Source: Octopus vulgaris (lineage: Eukaryota). From it: 64,000 bases of DNA. The position numbers and the translations under genes are program-made. The DNA lies in contig OX597842.1 in the NCBI GenBank assembly GCA_951406725.2, positions 3,286,001 through 3,350,000 on the forward strand. The letters are read 5' to 3'. The notes below the pieces were generated by a model that was not told the DNA's origin, made no database searches, and saw only the letters and a list, made by a program, of their open reading frames with translations. Below, in pieces: positions 14,465 through 28,218 of this stretch (the stretch's first letter is position 1; the number at the start of each line of letters is the position of its first letter).

Positions 14465-14673
14465 TCGGCCATATCCGGCCCAAATATTCTACATGTTTTA
14501 TATTCAAACTGGTGATATCTAGCCTCTCACGCCTAACCTACATTGATATTCTAAAAATAAACTATCACATCATTGAAACCTCAAAGCTATAAGATAATGC
14601 ATGATTAATTAAACGCAATTTTAGTGAAAAAGTATTACATTTAACAGAGTAAATCTGAACACTAAAGGGTTAA
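14465..14673. mobile_element. piggyBac-like MITE fragment
   Basis: Right end ...ctaaaggg|TTAA is typical of a piggyBac TIR and target site; left end not seen. Confidence 0.4.
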
Positions 14674-14861
14674 TAAAGACTGGTCGCTATACTGCAACTA
14701 TAGAATAGCTACTAACTGTCCCCTTAATGATAACTATTTAACAACGTAGTTCCTAAATTTACATAGTAATAAATAGTAAAACGTAGGAGTTAACCAACAA
14801 CTGAATAATATATCTGTTAGGTATACTAATATAGGTGAACCATGATATATTTTGAAATATA

Positions 14862-15658
14862 GGCGCGGGAATCACTATTCAACGACATAGCTTCGGGTTC
14901 AGTTCTACTGCTCGGTACCTTGGACAAGTATCTTTTAGTATAGCCACGGACCGACCGTAGCCCTTGCTAGGCAAAAATTACATGGAAGCAAGTTGCTTAT
15001 ACATATATATTTGTATGTATGTATATGCGTGTGTGTGTATGTGTGTGTGTGTGTGCGTGCGTGTGTGTGTGTTTGAGCCTATGTTTCTCTTCACCGCTTG
15101 ACAGCCGGTACTGGTTTGTTTGTGTCTGCATCACTTACCAGCTCGGAAAAGTATACTGATAGGATAAGTACCAGCCATTTTTTATGGCAAAACACTTCAA
15201 GGCGGTGCTCCAGTATGGGCTAATGGATGGAAGCACTCCGTCGGTTACGACGATGAGAGTTCCGGTTGATCCGAATCAACGGAACAGCCTGCTCGTGAAA
15301 TTAACGTGTAAGTGGCTGAGCACTCCACAGACACGTGTACCCTTAACGTAGTTCTCGGGGATATTCAGCGTGACACAGAGAGTGACAAGGCTGGCCCTTT
15401 GAAATACAGGTACAACAGAAACAGGGAGAAAGAGTGAGAGAAAGTTGTGGTGAAAGAGTACAGCAGGGATCACCACCATCCCCTGCCGGAGCCTCGTGGA
15501 GCTTTTAGGTGTTTTCGCTCAATAAACACTCACAACGCCCGGTCTGCGAATCGAAACCGCGATCCTATGACCGCGAGTCCGCTGCCCTAACCACTGGGCC
15601 ATTGCGCCTCCACAGTATGGCCTAAGTCCACTAACTCAAACAAGTAAAAGATGAAAAG
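14862..15658 (+). mobile_element. Old SINE S1 copy interrupted by SINE S3
   Basis: Diverged head at 14862, tail split at ggcggtgctccagtatgg and resumed at 15613. Confidence 0.7.
15224..15612 (-). mobile_element. tRNA(Arg)-like-headed SINE S3 with tail X
   Basis: Head gaggcgcaatggcccagtggttagggcagcggactcgcgg...ggtttcgattc; 13-bp TSD cagtatgg(g/c)ctaa at 15211-15223 and 15613-15625. Confidence 0.85.
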
Positions 15659-16067
15659 ACGTAGAGTAAAAATGTTTTATTTCTCATTAAACCTTACATA
15701 CTTTACATCATTTGATGTCTAACTACTGCTCATTCCTCAGGGACCTTCGTCTGGCCCCTGAAAAATGTTGCTTCATATGAAACGTTTGTACACACGCAGA
15801 GTTATACATAAAAACATTGCACATTAATAAATATGTGTGTGTCTGTATATTTATGTGTTTGTGTCTGTGCGTATACACAAATGCGTGTATGTTTGTGTGT
15901 TTGTGTATGCGCGGGTATATCGGTAGGATAGAAAACAAAAAAGAGGAAAAAAATCTTTTGAGATTAATTTGTGGAGCGTGGGGTGGGAGTCAGAAAAGCC
16001 ACCCAGAGACAATCTGGACAAGCCATAACGTCAAACGTTCTCTGAGTAAAAGAGAAATTCCAATAAG

Positions 16068-16123
<56 letters not shown>

Positions 16124-16137
16124 CACCACCACCACCG

Positions 16138-16191
<54 letters not shown>

Positions 16192-16325
16192 TTACCACTA
16201 CTACCACCACCACCACAACCACATCCACTACTAGTACTACTAAAAATAATAGTAATGATAAAAATGGTCATAATAATAATAGTAATAATGATGATGAAGA
16301 TGATGATGATGATGATTGTGTGCGT

Positions 16326-16375
<50 letters not shown>

Positions 16376-16675
16376 GTGTGTGTCTGATGAGGTATCTATG
16401 TATGAGAGTGTTTTATATGTAGGTATATACATATAAATATCAGAATGTATAATTTTACATAAGGCTGTGTACGGGCGTGCATATATATAGAGATATGTGT
16501 GTGTCTCTGTGTGTGCGTGCATGTGGGCGTGTGTGCATGTGTGTGAGTGTGTAATAATAATAGCGACAACAGCAACAACAATAATAATTATAATAATAAT
16601 AGTTGTAATAAGAACAGTAATGATAATACTAATAACAACAGCAACAATAGTAGTATTAATAATAACAACAACACC

Positions 16676-16709
<34 letters not shown>

Positions 16710-16903
16710 TTTAATGGAATAATGTGTTCAGACCTCCTCTGAGTTGAATAAAACTGATGTATATAACAGAAGGTGTAGATTGTATTCATAAAACCTGGAA
16801 TTAAAATAACCGTCAGATTTTAAATTTAATATCTAAATCATTCGGCCGCCATCGCTTTCTTTCCTTCCATCTTGAATTCTGCGCGTGTGTGTGTATATAT
16901 ATG

Positions 16904-16966
<63 letters not shown>

Positions 16967-17222
16967 TGTGTGTTCTGTGTGTGTGTGTTGAGGTATTTAT
17001 GTGCGTATGTGCGTTTTATGTTGTAGCTATATGTGTATAGATATCAGGATGTATGTAAGCTTATATGCTTATACGTACAGTTGTGTGCATACATCTGAGA
17101 GTGTTTGTGAATGTACAGCAAGTGAGAGAGAGAGAGAAGGAAAGAATGAGAGATTATTATATATATATATTACACAAGTATAAGTACATTGATATATATA
17201 TGCACTCATATATATGTACGTA

Positions 17223-17293
<71 letters not shown>

Positions 17294-17602
17294 CACGTGT
17301 GTGTGTGTGTGTCTGTATGTATTGGTGTGTATTTATATATATATATATATATGTGTATGTGTATTTGTGTATGTATGTAAATATATCTAGATAGAAGGAT
17401 AGAAGAATAGATATATATATGAATGTACTTAATTATACACGAACGTCTGAATATGTATATGCTTATATCTATAGGTATTTATGTATATATCATTGTATGC
17501 ACACACACACATACATATATATTTATATATACCCACACACATATATATACATTTATACATTCGTATATACACACACATACATTTGTATATATCCATATAC
17601 GG

Positions 17603-17812
17603 CACCCCTACTCCCCTTTCTCCTCCCACTCTCACCCTTCCACCAAACACCTCACCTCCTTCACTTCAAAATCTTCTCCACCACCACAACCCCAACCAAC
17701 ACCGCCCCCGGCTCATTATCCTTTCCTTCCCCTCAAAACCTTCGTCTTTACGCATTCCGTCGACTCACATTTACCAAATCTTACACCAATCTTATCGGAT
17801 ATGTTACTACTT
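17603..17812 (+). pseudogene. Highly decayed jockey/I-like LINE RT N-terminal fragment
   Basis: PTNTAPGS...AFRRLT...IGYV resembles the TAPGxDxI...RLTxIYN...GYxP pattern. Confidence 0.3.
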
Positions 17813-17842
17813 TCAGATATGTATATAACAGTATCGAACGCA

Positions 17843-18240
17843 CAACCAGAAGTTTTCCTCGTTCCTTGATGTGGTTTTACCATTCCATTATCTTTTCAAA
17901 GATTCCTTCATTTCTCTCTGAGTATAAAAACTTTTTTCCATTCCTTCCTACTCCTACATATTTTTGGAACACTTTTCATCCATTTTGTTTTCCAAGCATC
18001 TACCGTGTGTGCTTGAGTGACAATCATTCCTCTCCACTGATTTTACAGTCGTCTGCCGTCTGTAGTCACCCTTTTGATTCGTATCATTCTTTATTTCTTC
18101 AATTTTTTTTCTATCATTCATTTTTCTAGACCTCTTTCACTTCATTTTTTATTTAGATATTCCACTTTTTTCTGAAATCTGTTTTCGATCTTCCAGTTAC
18201 GGCTGTTTTTTGCTTTAACGTCGTCTGCTATCTCAGAAAT
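17843..18240. repeat. Unclassified ~400-bp repeat, copy 1 of 3 (others 20161-20620 and 22583-23040)
   Basis: All three begin accagaagttttcctcgttccttgat.tggttttaccattccatta in the same orientation. Confidence 0.85.
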
Positions 18241-18347
18241 ATGTCTATATGTGTACTTCCTATTTCCTTTGTTTTTTTGTCTTCTTCCTGCTTTCTTATT
18301 CTTCCTCTAACTCTCTATCAAATCCATTCATCCATCCATTATCTATC

Positions 18348-18406
<59 letters not shown>

Positions 18407-18465
18407 TTATCTATCAGTCTATCTATCAGTCTATCTATCTACCTATATATCTATCTATCTATCTA

Positions 18466-18534
<69 letters not shown>

Positions 18535-18574
18535 GTCTATCTATCTATCATCTATCTACACACAAATATATATA

Positions 18575-19420
18575 CAAGGAGGTACCCAAAACTAACTGGA
18601 AATGTTCTCTGTCGGAAAGCCCTTTATAGTACGGGCTTCCGCTGCTAGGAGCCACTTGATGCGACCCTCTGGCATCAGTCTGCCGAACGGCGTCATCTCT
18701 TGAAGTCGTTCTACTGCATGGTGCGTCTTTGTTTTGTTATGCTTCATCCATGCTCATCAATTTTTGCGATGGCTGAAACGAAGGGACAGCGTGCTTCCAT
18801 GAAATTCTGTTTTCTACCTGGGAAAACGGCGGACGATGCAGCTGTCGTGCTTCAAACAGCTTCCAAGGATGATGCTGTGATCAAAATACAAGTTTACGAG
18901 TAGTTTTCCCGCTTTAGGAATGGTCACTTGTCGCTTGAAGACCTATTTTGTTCAGGGTGACCGTCAACCTCCTGGACGAATGAAAACAATGAAAATTCAT
19001 GAAACGATCTTGGAGAACCATCACAAACTTGTTGATATGACTGGTGTGTCCTTGAGCTCCTACCAACGAATTCTGAGCCAAGAATTACGAATGAAAAAAG
19101 TTGCAACAAAATTCGTGCCTCGCTTTCTCACAGGAGATCAAAATCAGTCACGATTGAATGGGTATCATGAACTGAAAGAACAGTTGGAAGACGACCCGGA
19201 CGTTTTTTCGAAGGTCATCACTGGTGATGAAAGCTGGTGCAACGGAATTTGAAAATGTGGAAGAGGTGAAGAAAAACAACAACAGAGGCGTTAAAAAAGG
19301 GAAAAGGCGCCTGGACTGATGCTTTGTTTTTAATGGAGAAGGCGATAAAAGTGTAAACATGTAAAACTAAATGAATAAAATAATATTGCAAAACTCCGGT
19401 TTCTTTGGGGGGGGCACTGA
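18575..19420 (+). mobile_element. Internally deleted mariner (DD34D-type) transposon; transposase pseudogene
   Basis: QRASMKFCFLPGKTA, KFVPRFL (WVPxxL motif), VITGDESW; stops and frameshifts; decayed TIRs ggtacccaaaactaactggaa / tccggtttctttgggggg; TA at left. Confidence 0.85.
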
Positions 19421-19428
19421 ACACACAT

Positions 19429-19625
19429 ATCTTTTATCTTTTACATGCTTAAGTCATTGGACTGCGGCCATGTTGGGGCATCGCCTTGAAGGATTTTAAT
19501 CGAACAAATCGACCCCAGGACTTAATTTGAAACCCTAGTACTTCTTTCATTGGTCTCTTTTGCATAATCTCTAAGTTACGGGGACGTAAACACAGTAACA
19601 CCAGTTGTTAAACACAGATACAGAC
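19429..19625 (-). mobile_element. SINE S1, 3' half
   Basis: Reverse complement of S1 tail. Confidence 0.75.
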
Positions 19626-19956
19626 ACAAAGGCACATACACACACATATATTAATCATTTGTAGCATTCATTTGAATCAAGGTATTTTGATATTAAGGAC
19701 ACCAAGTTAGGTTCGAAATCCGAACATCCGAGTATATGCCATGTACGAAACAGGCCCGCATATGCCCGTACATATGCGGACATATTCATACACTTATATA
19801 TACATGTACATTCACACAACCGGCATACATTTTCACGATCCAATGTAAGTTCTAGATCCAGGAACCTTCCATATATGTGTGTGGGTGTGTATAGATACAC
19901 AGACAGATAAATAGACATAGATAAATAGATAGAATAGAATAGAATAGATACATAGT

Positions 19957-20114
<158 letters not shown>

Positions 20115-20642
20115 TGATAGATAGACAGATAGATACACATACACGCATATAAAACATAAAACCAGAAGTTTTCCTCGTTCCTTGATGTGGTTTTACCATT
20201 CCATTACCTTTTCAAAGATTCCTTCCTTTCTCTCATAATATAAAAACATTTTCCCATTCCTTCGTATCCCCACATATTTTTGTAACACATTTCATCCATT
20301 TTGTTTTCCAAGCATCTACTGTGTGCTCGAGTGACATTCATTCCTCTCCACTGATTTTACAGTCGTCTGCCTTCTGTAGTCTTCTTTTGATTTCTATCTC
20401 CTTCGTCTGGTTTCTTCTTTTATGTATTAGTATTCTTTTCTATCATATATTTTCTGCACCTCTTCCCTTATTTTTTGTTCAAATTTTCTGCAATTCTCAA
20501 ATCTGCTTTAGCTCTTTTTCTACGAGCTATGGCTGTCGGTTTCTCTTCATTTTTGTCGATTATCTCATTTTTCACTTTCTGTAGCTATTTCCTCTTCCTT
20601 GTTTATAAGGCTTCTTGCTTTCTTCTTATCTCTCTCTCTCTC

Positions 20643-20718
20643 TATCTATCTATCTATCAATCTGTCGGTCTGTCTGTCTGTTTCTCTACCGATCTATTGG
20701 TCTATCTCTGTATGTATG

Positions 20719-20794
<76 letters not shown>

Positions 20795-20890
20795 AACATA
20801 TACATACATACAGAGATAGAGCAATAGATCGGTAGAGAAACAGACAAACAGACAGACAGACAGACCGACAGATTGATAGATAGATAGATA
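20643..20890. repeat. Palindrome with ~80-bp arms centred on a (TA)n tract
   Basis: tcaatctgtcggtctgtc..tttctctaccgatctattg is mirrored by caatagatcggtagagaaa..gaccgacagattga. Confidence 0.85.
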
Positions 20891-20917
20891 GATGTATATA
20901 TATATATACTTATAGAT

Positions 20918-20978
<61 letters not shown>

Positions 20979-21586
20979 CATACATATACATAAGTTAATA
21001 CGTGTGCATGTGTGTGTGTGTGTAAACTTATGCATATATACATGCACATAAATTCGCACTTTAAATTCACTCTTGATAAAAATTAATGATTCGCACAAAT
21101 ATATATCTGTTTATATATCGGTGTGTATATGTAAATAAAGATGTAGGTAGATGCACAGAGTACTTATCAGCGAGAAAAATACCCGATCAAGAATGGATTT
21201 CTATCTCCCTATGTATCTACGATGTGCCGTTTGCCGTGTCCGGAGAATGTGCATCTTTCGTGTTTTGTGTGGTTGTTCTAAGTTGTCCTTCATTGAAGTT
21301 GTAAAATTGTGGGGTAGGATCTTTTAAAGGGTTCCTGGTTTCTTAGTTTATGGTCGCTTTTTTTGTATATATTATGGTGTGTGTTGATATAGAAGGATTG
21401 TCTGTCGTTGGGATTCGAATTCTAGTATGGGTTATTCATGTTAAGGGGATCCTAGTATATTCATACACATACGTACACACGCAAACAAAATTCTGCTTTG
21501 GAACATTGGGTTTCGATTCACATTACATAAAGCTATAAATAATAGCGTGTAAATACTGTGTGGTAAAACTGTTGTAGACAGATCGG

Positions 21587-21636
<50 letters not shown>

Positions 21637-21944
21637 TGGGGAGAGAGAGAGATAAAGACAGGCAGATAGATAGATACATGCATACATACATAATACATAC
21701 ATGCATACATACATACATACATACATACATACATGCATGCATACATACATACATACATACATACATACATACATACATACATACATACATACATACATAC
21801 AGACAGACAGACATACATACATACATACATACATACATACATACATACATACATACATACATACATACATACGTATATACATACATGTATGTATGCATAA
21901 CATACACATATATATAGATATACATTAATGCATACATAGATATT

Positions 21945-22342
21945 CCTTTCTACTCTAAGCACAAGGCCCGACATTTTTGGAGAGGGGGCCCAGTCCATTA
22001 GATTGACCCCAGTACGCAACTGGCACTTAATTTATCGACACCGAAAGGATGAAAGGCAAAGTCGACTTCGTCGGAATTTGAACTCAGAACGTAGCGGCAG
22101 ACGAAATACCTATTTCTTTACTACCTACAAGGGGCTAAACACAGAGGGGACAAACAAGGAGAGAAAACGGATTAAGTCGATTACGTCGACCTCAGTGCGT
22201 AACTGGTACTTAATTTATCGACCCCGAAAGGATGAAAGGCAAAATCGATCTCGGCGGAATTTGAACTCAGAACGTAACGGCAGACAAAATACGCCTCCGC
22301 ATTTCGCACGGCGTGCTAACGTTTCTGCCAGTTCGCCGCCTT
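21945..22342 (-). mobile_element. SINE S2 dimer
   Basis: Two units and one head; TSD catacatagatatt at 21931-21944 and 22346-22359. Confidence 0.85.
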
Positions 22343-22445
22343 TTACATACATAGATATTGAGTAAGAGATAGAGAGGTAAAGAGATACATATAATCATAC
22401 AGGCAGACAAATAGACTGACAGACAGACAGACAGACAGATAGATT

Positions 22446-22525
<80 letters not shown>

Positions 22526-23049
22526 TAACCACACATATATACATATATACACGCATTAAAATACACGTATATATAACAGTGACAACCAGAAGTTTTCCTC
22601 GTTCCTTGATATGGTTTTACCATTCCATTACCTTCTCAAAGAGTCCTTCGTTTCTTTCTCAATATAAAAAAATTTTTTCCATACCTTCCTACTCCTACAT
22701 ATTTTTGGAACACTTTTCATCCATTTTGTTTTTTAAGAGTTTGTTGCGTGCTTGAGTGACATTCATTCCTCTCCACTGATTTTAGAATCGTATGCTTTCT
22801 GTAGTTTTCCTCTTAAAAATTCTTTCTCCTAAATTCAGTCTTTCTTTGTTTCATTTTCTTTCCTCTCTTACACATTTTCTTCGTCCGTTCTTTTTCCGTG
22901 TGTTCATGTTTTGCATTTTTCAAATCTGTTTTCGATCTTCTAGTTCCGTTTTTCCTTTCATCACCACTTATCATTTTTTTTTCTCTATATCGTCTCCCTT
23001 TTCCCCTGACCTTCTCTCTTCTAGTTTTGCCTTCAACAACCACACATAA

Positions 23050-23133
<84 letters not shown>

Positions 23134-23294
23134 ATATCCATCTATCTTTCTATCTATCTATCCATCTATCTATCTATCCATCTGTCCATCTATCTATCTA
23201 GCTAGCTAGCTATCTATTGCTCTATATGAATATATACACGCGCTCGCGCGTGTGTGTGTATGCGTGTGTGCGCATATGTGTATGTGGTTTGTAG

Positions 23295-23365
<71 letters not shown>

Positions 23366-23368
23366 AAT

Positions 23369-23403
<35 letters not shown>

Positions 23404-23621
23404 CAGGTATACAAATACAACTACATGTATATATACATACGATGCACTTCCAAATGCACAGACATAGTTAACGGTGATGAGTTGCATATGTGCCAATAAA
23501 CACAAGCGCATGCACACGCATGCGTACACACACATCCCAAGCGATCCATATTGTACAGGAGAAAGACAGATACATTATCTGCACATATTGTACAAATAGA
23601 AACACGTACACAAACAACAGA

Positions 23622-23689
<68 letters not shown>

Positions 23690-24060
23690 CATTCAGAGAT
23701 ATAGTGGTATATACGCAGATGTATATGCACACTATAGCATGGAGGCCGTGACCACCCACGCGCACTTCAAGACTGTGACGTCATCACGGAAGACATTGAT
23801 ATGTTCTTATATGAAATGACACTTCCGGAATGGATTTGGCAGAGAACCATCATGGCCCGATTGAGGAAGTGTTGCGTATCTAGCATTGGTTCTATATATG
23901 GGCGAGTATGTGTATTTCTATGTAGACTTACACATATACACATATGTTTTTATATACATAATAATGTATATGAGAGAATGGATGTGCATATGAGGAAATA
24001 TCTATATATATATTTGTACTTATATATATATATATATATATGTAATATATATACATATGT

Positions 24061-24141
<81 letters not shown>

Positions 24142-24759
24142 TGTATGTATATGCATATAATTTTTCATGTAGATATATGTATGCATGTACCTACGTATGC
24201 ACATATATTCATGTGTGTGTGTGTATATTACACATATATATGAATGTAGACTATGGGTATATATATATATGTATGTATATATATATATATGTGTGTACAT
24301 ATACACACATATGTATATATATATATATATAAATATACATATTTTCATGCGTAAATGTACTGTATTTTCACACCCATAATCTTACCCTTAAGTAATACAG
24401 CCTCACACACGCACGTATGCACACACACACAGACACACACACAAACACACACACAATACACGCGCACACACTCACTCACACACATGTGCGCACACACATA
24501 TCTATATGTATACGTGTGCATACATGTTACTTGTATGTTGTTGGATACGTATGCAGAGAGCAATATAGAGAGCAAGGAGAAATACAGATGCGGCGATAAT
24601 GCTAGATGGAGAAATAAAGTCGGTACACTTCTGCAGGCCCGTTGCCAGACCGATGCATTGGGGGTGCTTCCGAATATGGACACTATTTTGTAATAATACT
24701 AAATTGGAGTTTCGAAATAAGTGTATCACTGTAAATCTGAGGCTGCACCATTGAATACT

Positions 24760-25345
24760 TATTTTATTACCCACAAGGGGCTAAACACAGAGGAGACAAA
24801 CAAGGACAGACATAGGTATTAAGTCGATTACATCGACCCCAGTGCGTAACTGGTACTTAATTTATCGACCCCGAAAGGATGAAAGGCAAAGTCGAACACG
24901 GCGGAATTTGAACTCACAACGTAACGGCAGCCGAAATACCTATTTATTTATTACCCACAAGGGGCTAAACACAGAGGGGACAAACAAGGACAGACATATG
25001 TATTAAGTCGATTACATCGACCCCAGTGCGTAACTGGTACTTAATTTATCGACCCCGAAATGATGAAAGGCAAAGTCGACCTCGGCGGAATTTGAACTCA
25101 GAACATAACGGCAGAAGAAATACCTATTTCTTTATTACCCACAAGGGGCTAAACATAGAGGGGACAGACATAGGTATTAAGTCAATTACATCGACCCCAG
25201 TGCATAACTGGTACTTAATTTATCAACCCCGAAAGGATGAAAGGCAAAGTCGACCACGGCGGAATTTGAACTCACAACGTAACGGCAGCCGAAATACCGC
25301 TAAGCATTTCGCCCGACGTGCTAACGATTCTGCCAGCTCGCCGCC
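24760..25345 (-). mobile_element. SINE S2 trimer (~180-bp units)
   Basis: Element-strand core gcctttcatcctttcggggtcgataaattaagtaccag resembles the Deu/Nin domain; TSD ttgaatact at 24751-24759 and 25346-25354. Confidence 0.85.
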
Positions 25346-25452
25346 TTGAATACTGAGGGAGCAGTGCCGTCCAGTACACCCCCTTAGCAACGAGCATGCT
25401 TATGTCTTGTTATAATTGCAATACTACACAGTGGCTGTGTGAGCTACGAAAT

Positions 25453-25624
25453 GCTCGTCGCCTCTGTTATGTCGCACGTTCGGATGCCTTCTACTCAACT
25501 CTACTACGACTGCTACTCTACTCTGTTCTAGTCCACTGCTACTCTCTAGCGACGTCTAGACTTCTCCCTCTATATCTACGTATTGGGTTAGCCTACTTCA
25601 TTGTCCGGGGGCGTCCACACAACA
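25453..25624 (-). mobile_element. Probable gypsy LTR remnant with PBS-like sequence
   Basis: Minus strand tgttgtgt...acataaca followed by gaggcgacgag, similar to a TGGCGACGAG PBS. Confidence 0.45.
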
Positions 25625-27256
25625 TGTCTATAGATAGAGAAACAAAGGAAGACAAATGATAAAAGTTGTAGACATATACAGAAAACAAAAGAACAACCCT
25701 ATATGCATGTATCCATCCATCTACCTTCTTCGCTCACCATTCCTGGGGTGGTTCGTCGTGGTATCGTCCTCAAGAACCCCCTCTCTATGTTTCTAGTAGA
25801 AGCAACATCATTACATGTTTCGGCTGAAACCCCAAGTGTTACCACCTTAGTCTATGGTTATTGTCCAACCATCTCGTTCTTGATCAACCTCAGGTCTTCT
25901 GCTAATCATGAGGATGCGGCCCTCAAGCAACTTCCTTCATGGGATTCTACCAGAAGCTGTGGTCATTACACTTTCTGGTTGGATTCACAAGTTTGACCAA
26001 CTGAGTCAATGGATATTATCCAGCAAATATGTTCTTCGTCAGCCCTTGCTCGTCTACTGGCCTCGAAACTGCCAGAAGCCTTAGCGAGACAGCTGATGAA
26101 GGCTTAGTTTTTTTTTTCTTTCGTTTGATCAGTCTATCATGTGTTTTTATTGTTAGTACTCATTCCTGAAACATATGCTCGCATGGTCATGCATAAACTC
26201 ATGCAGATTTACGCACATACACGCATACACACACATACTTATATCCTTACACTCAATGACAAATACAGACAGGCATACACACATACATTCCGTATGCGTG
26301 GAACTAAATCAATGGTGGACTGAAACCCCAAGTGTTACCAACCGAGTCTATGGTTGTTATCCAGCCATCTTGTACTTGATCAACCTCAGGTCTTCTGCTA
26401 ATCAAGAGGATGCGGCCCTCAGGCACTTCCTTCATGGGATTCTACCAGAAGCTGGGTCATTACACTTTCTGGTTGGATTCACAAGTTTGACCAACTGAGT
26501 CAATGGATATTATCCAGCCAATATGTTCTTCGTCAGCTCTTGTTCGTCTACTGGCCTTGGGAATGCAGTCCTGAAGCACCTCTAACATAGATCCTTATCA
26601 GAAGCGACCAAGGATCTTATCAGAAGCAACCACCATCATTACACCTTCTGGCTGGTTTCCTAAGTATGCCAACTGAAGCCGTGGATATCATCCAGCCATC
26701 TCGTTCTTGGTCAACTCCTAGATTTCTTGCTAGTTGTAGGGGTAGAGGTCCTTAGCAGTGGCATTTGGTGATTGTTGTATTGGGTATTCTGCCACACAAG
26801 GCCATCAAGTTTGGAGCAGGGGTAATAACAAAAGTTTTCCATTAAGATTTATGATTAAATTAATGAGTAAGTCTAATATTCATAATGAATTTGCCATTTT
26901 CAATCGGTGTGCGCCGCTCACCTATCACACTTGGAATATTCGCCCCTGGTCCTTAGGCACCTCGTTCATAGAATCCAATCAGTAGCAATGGTCATTATAC
27001 TTTCCAACTGGATTCCGAAGTATGACTAACTGAGACTATGGATATTGTCCAAGCATCTTATTCTTGGTCTGCCCCTTAGTCTCCAGCCAGTCGGATCAGC
27101 TTGAATAATCCATCTTACGATTCTTTTCTGAGACATTCTAATCAGATGTCCATTGTATAGGAACTGTGATCTGTGAAAGCGGAAAAGAAGCGGTTCGACG
27201 TGAGTGACTCACAGATCTCCGAGCTGCGATCTCTGTCGAGTAAGGATACTCTAGAA

Positions 27257-27589
27257 CATTGCTCCTCAAACGATCTGATGTGCCGTACCCGAAATTTTCT
27301 TTTCCAATGCGCTAGGAACCAGTAATATTTCTTAGTAATATTTATCTATACCAGGAACAATATATATAATGAATATAATAAAAGTTGACAATTTTTTCTA
27401 CCGTATATATATTTTGTAAACAAATAATACAATATTACATAAGCTGGTAAGTTGTTTACTGCAGTACATAAGGTGAAATTAGTGGAATTATGTTATCGTT
27501 TCTATCCTTTCTAGAAACTCACCACGGACCGGCAGCTGATGGCTGGCGGACCGGCACCGATCAGCGGACCATCACTTTCAGTAGCACTG
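27257..27589. mobile_element. hAT (Charlie-like) MITE
   Basis: TIRs cattgctcctcaaa / tttcagtagcactg; 8-bp TSD ctctagaa / ctctacag matching the NTCTAGAN target; subterminal ggaccgg repeats. Confidence 0.8.
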
Positions 27590-27604
27590 CTCTACAGGAA
27601 CTTC

Positions 27605-28218
27605 GTGAAGGCACGTGACTTAGTGATTAGACTATTCGGTTAATGATCGTAAGGTTGTGAGTTCTATACACGGTAGCACGTTGCGCCCTTGAGCAAGACA
27701 CTTTATTTCACGTTGCGCCAGTCCACTCAGCTGGCAAAATTGAGTTGTACCTGTAATTCAGGAGGGCCAACTTGTCACTTTATGTATCTTGCTGAATCTC
27801 CCTGAGAACTACACTAAGGGTAGACGTGTCTACGGAGTGCTCAGCCACTTGCTTATTAATTCCACGAGTAAAATGTTTCCCTGATCGGATCAACTGGAAC
27901 ACTCGTCGTCGTAACTGACGGAGAACCAGTGATTAGTGAAGGTGCATGGATTAGCAGTTTGGGTATTCGTCGTGTCCTTGAGCAAGACACTTTATTTCAC
28001 GTTGTTCCAGTCCACACAGTTGGCAAAAATGAGTTGTACCTGTTTTTCAAAGGGCCAACCTTGTCACATTGTGTGTTACGCCGAATCTCCTTGAGAACTA
28101 CATTAAAGGTACACGTGTGTGTGGAGTACTCAGCCACTTGGACGTTAATTTCATAATCAAGCTATTCCCTTCATTGGATCTACTGGAACCCTCATTGTCG
28201 TAACCGACGTAGTGCTAG
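27605..28218 (+). mobile_element. Two tandem SINE S4 copies (CORE-like body plus tail X)
   Basis: Copies at 27605-27929 and 27936-28218; ccttgagcaagacactttatttcacg..ccagtccac..ggcaaaa.tgag; tail matches the reverse complement of 15224-15415. Confidence 0.75.

Noticed and set aside
15535-15612. tRNA-Arg gene (also 34590-34664)
   Set aside because: A and B boxes are present but the acceptor stem is incomplete and the sequence runs into a SINE body with TSD or tail
26059-26104. Type II hammerhead (GAAA...CTGATGA)
   Set aside because: No stem III/NUH or stem I pairing, and the apparent stem II partner comes from the flanking RTE sequence
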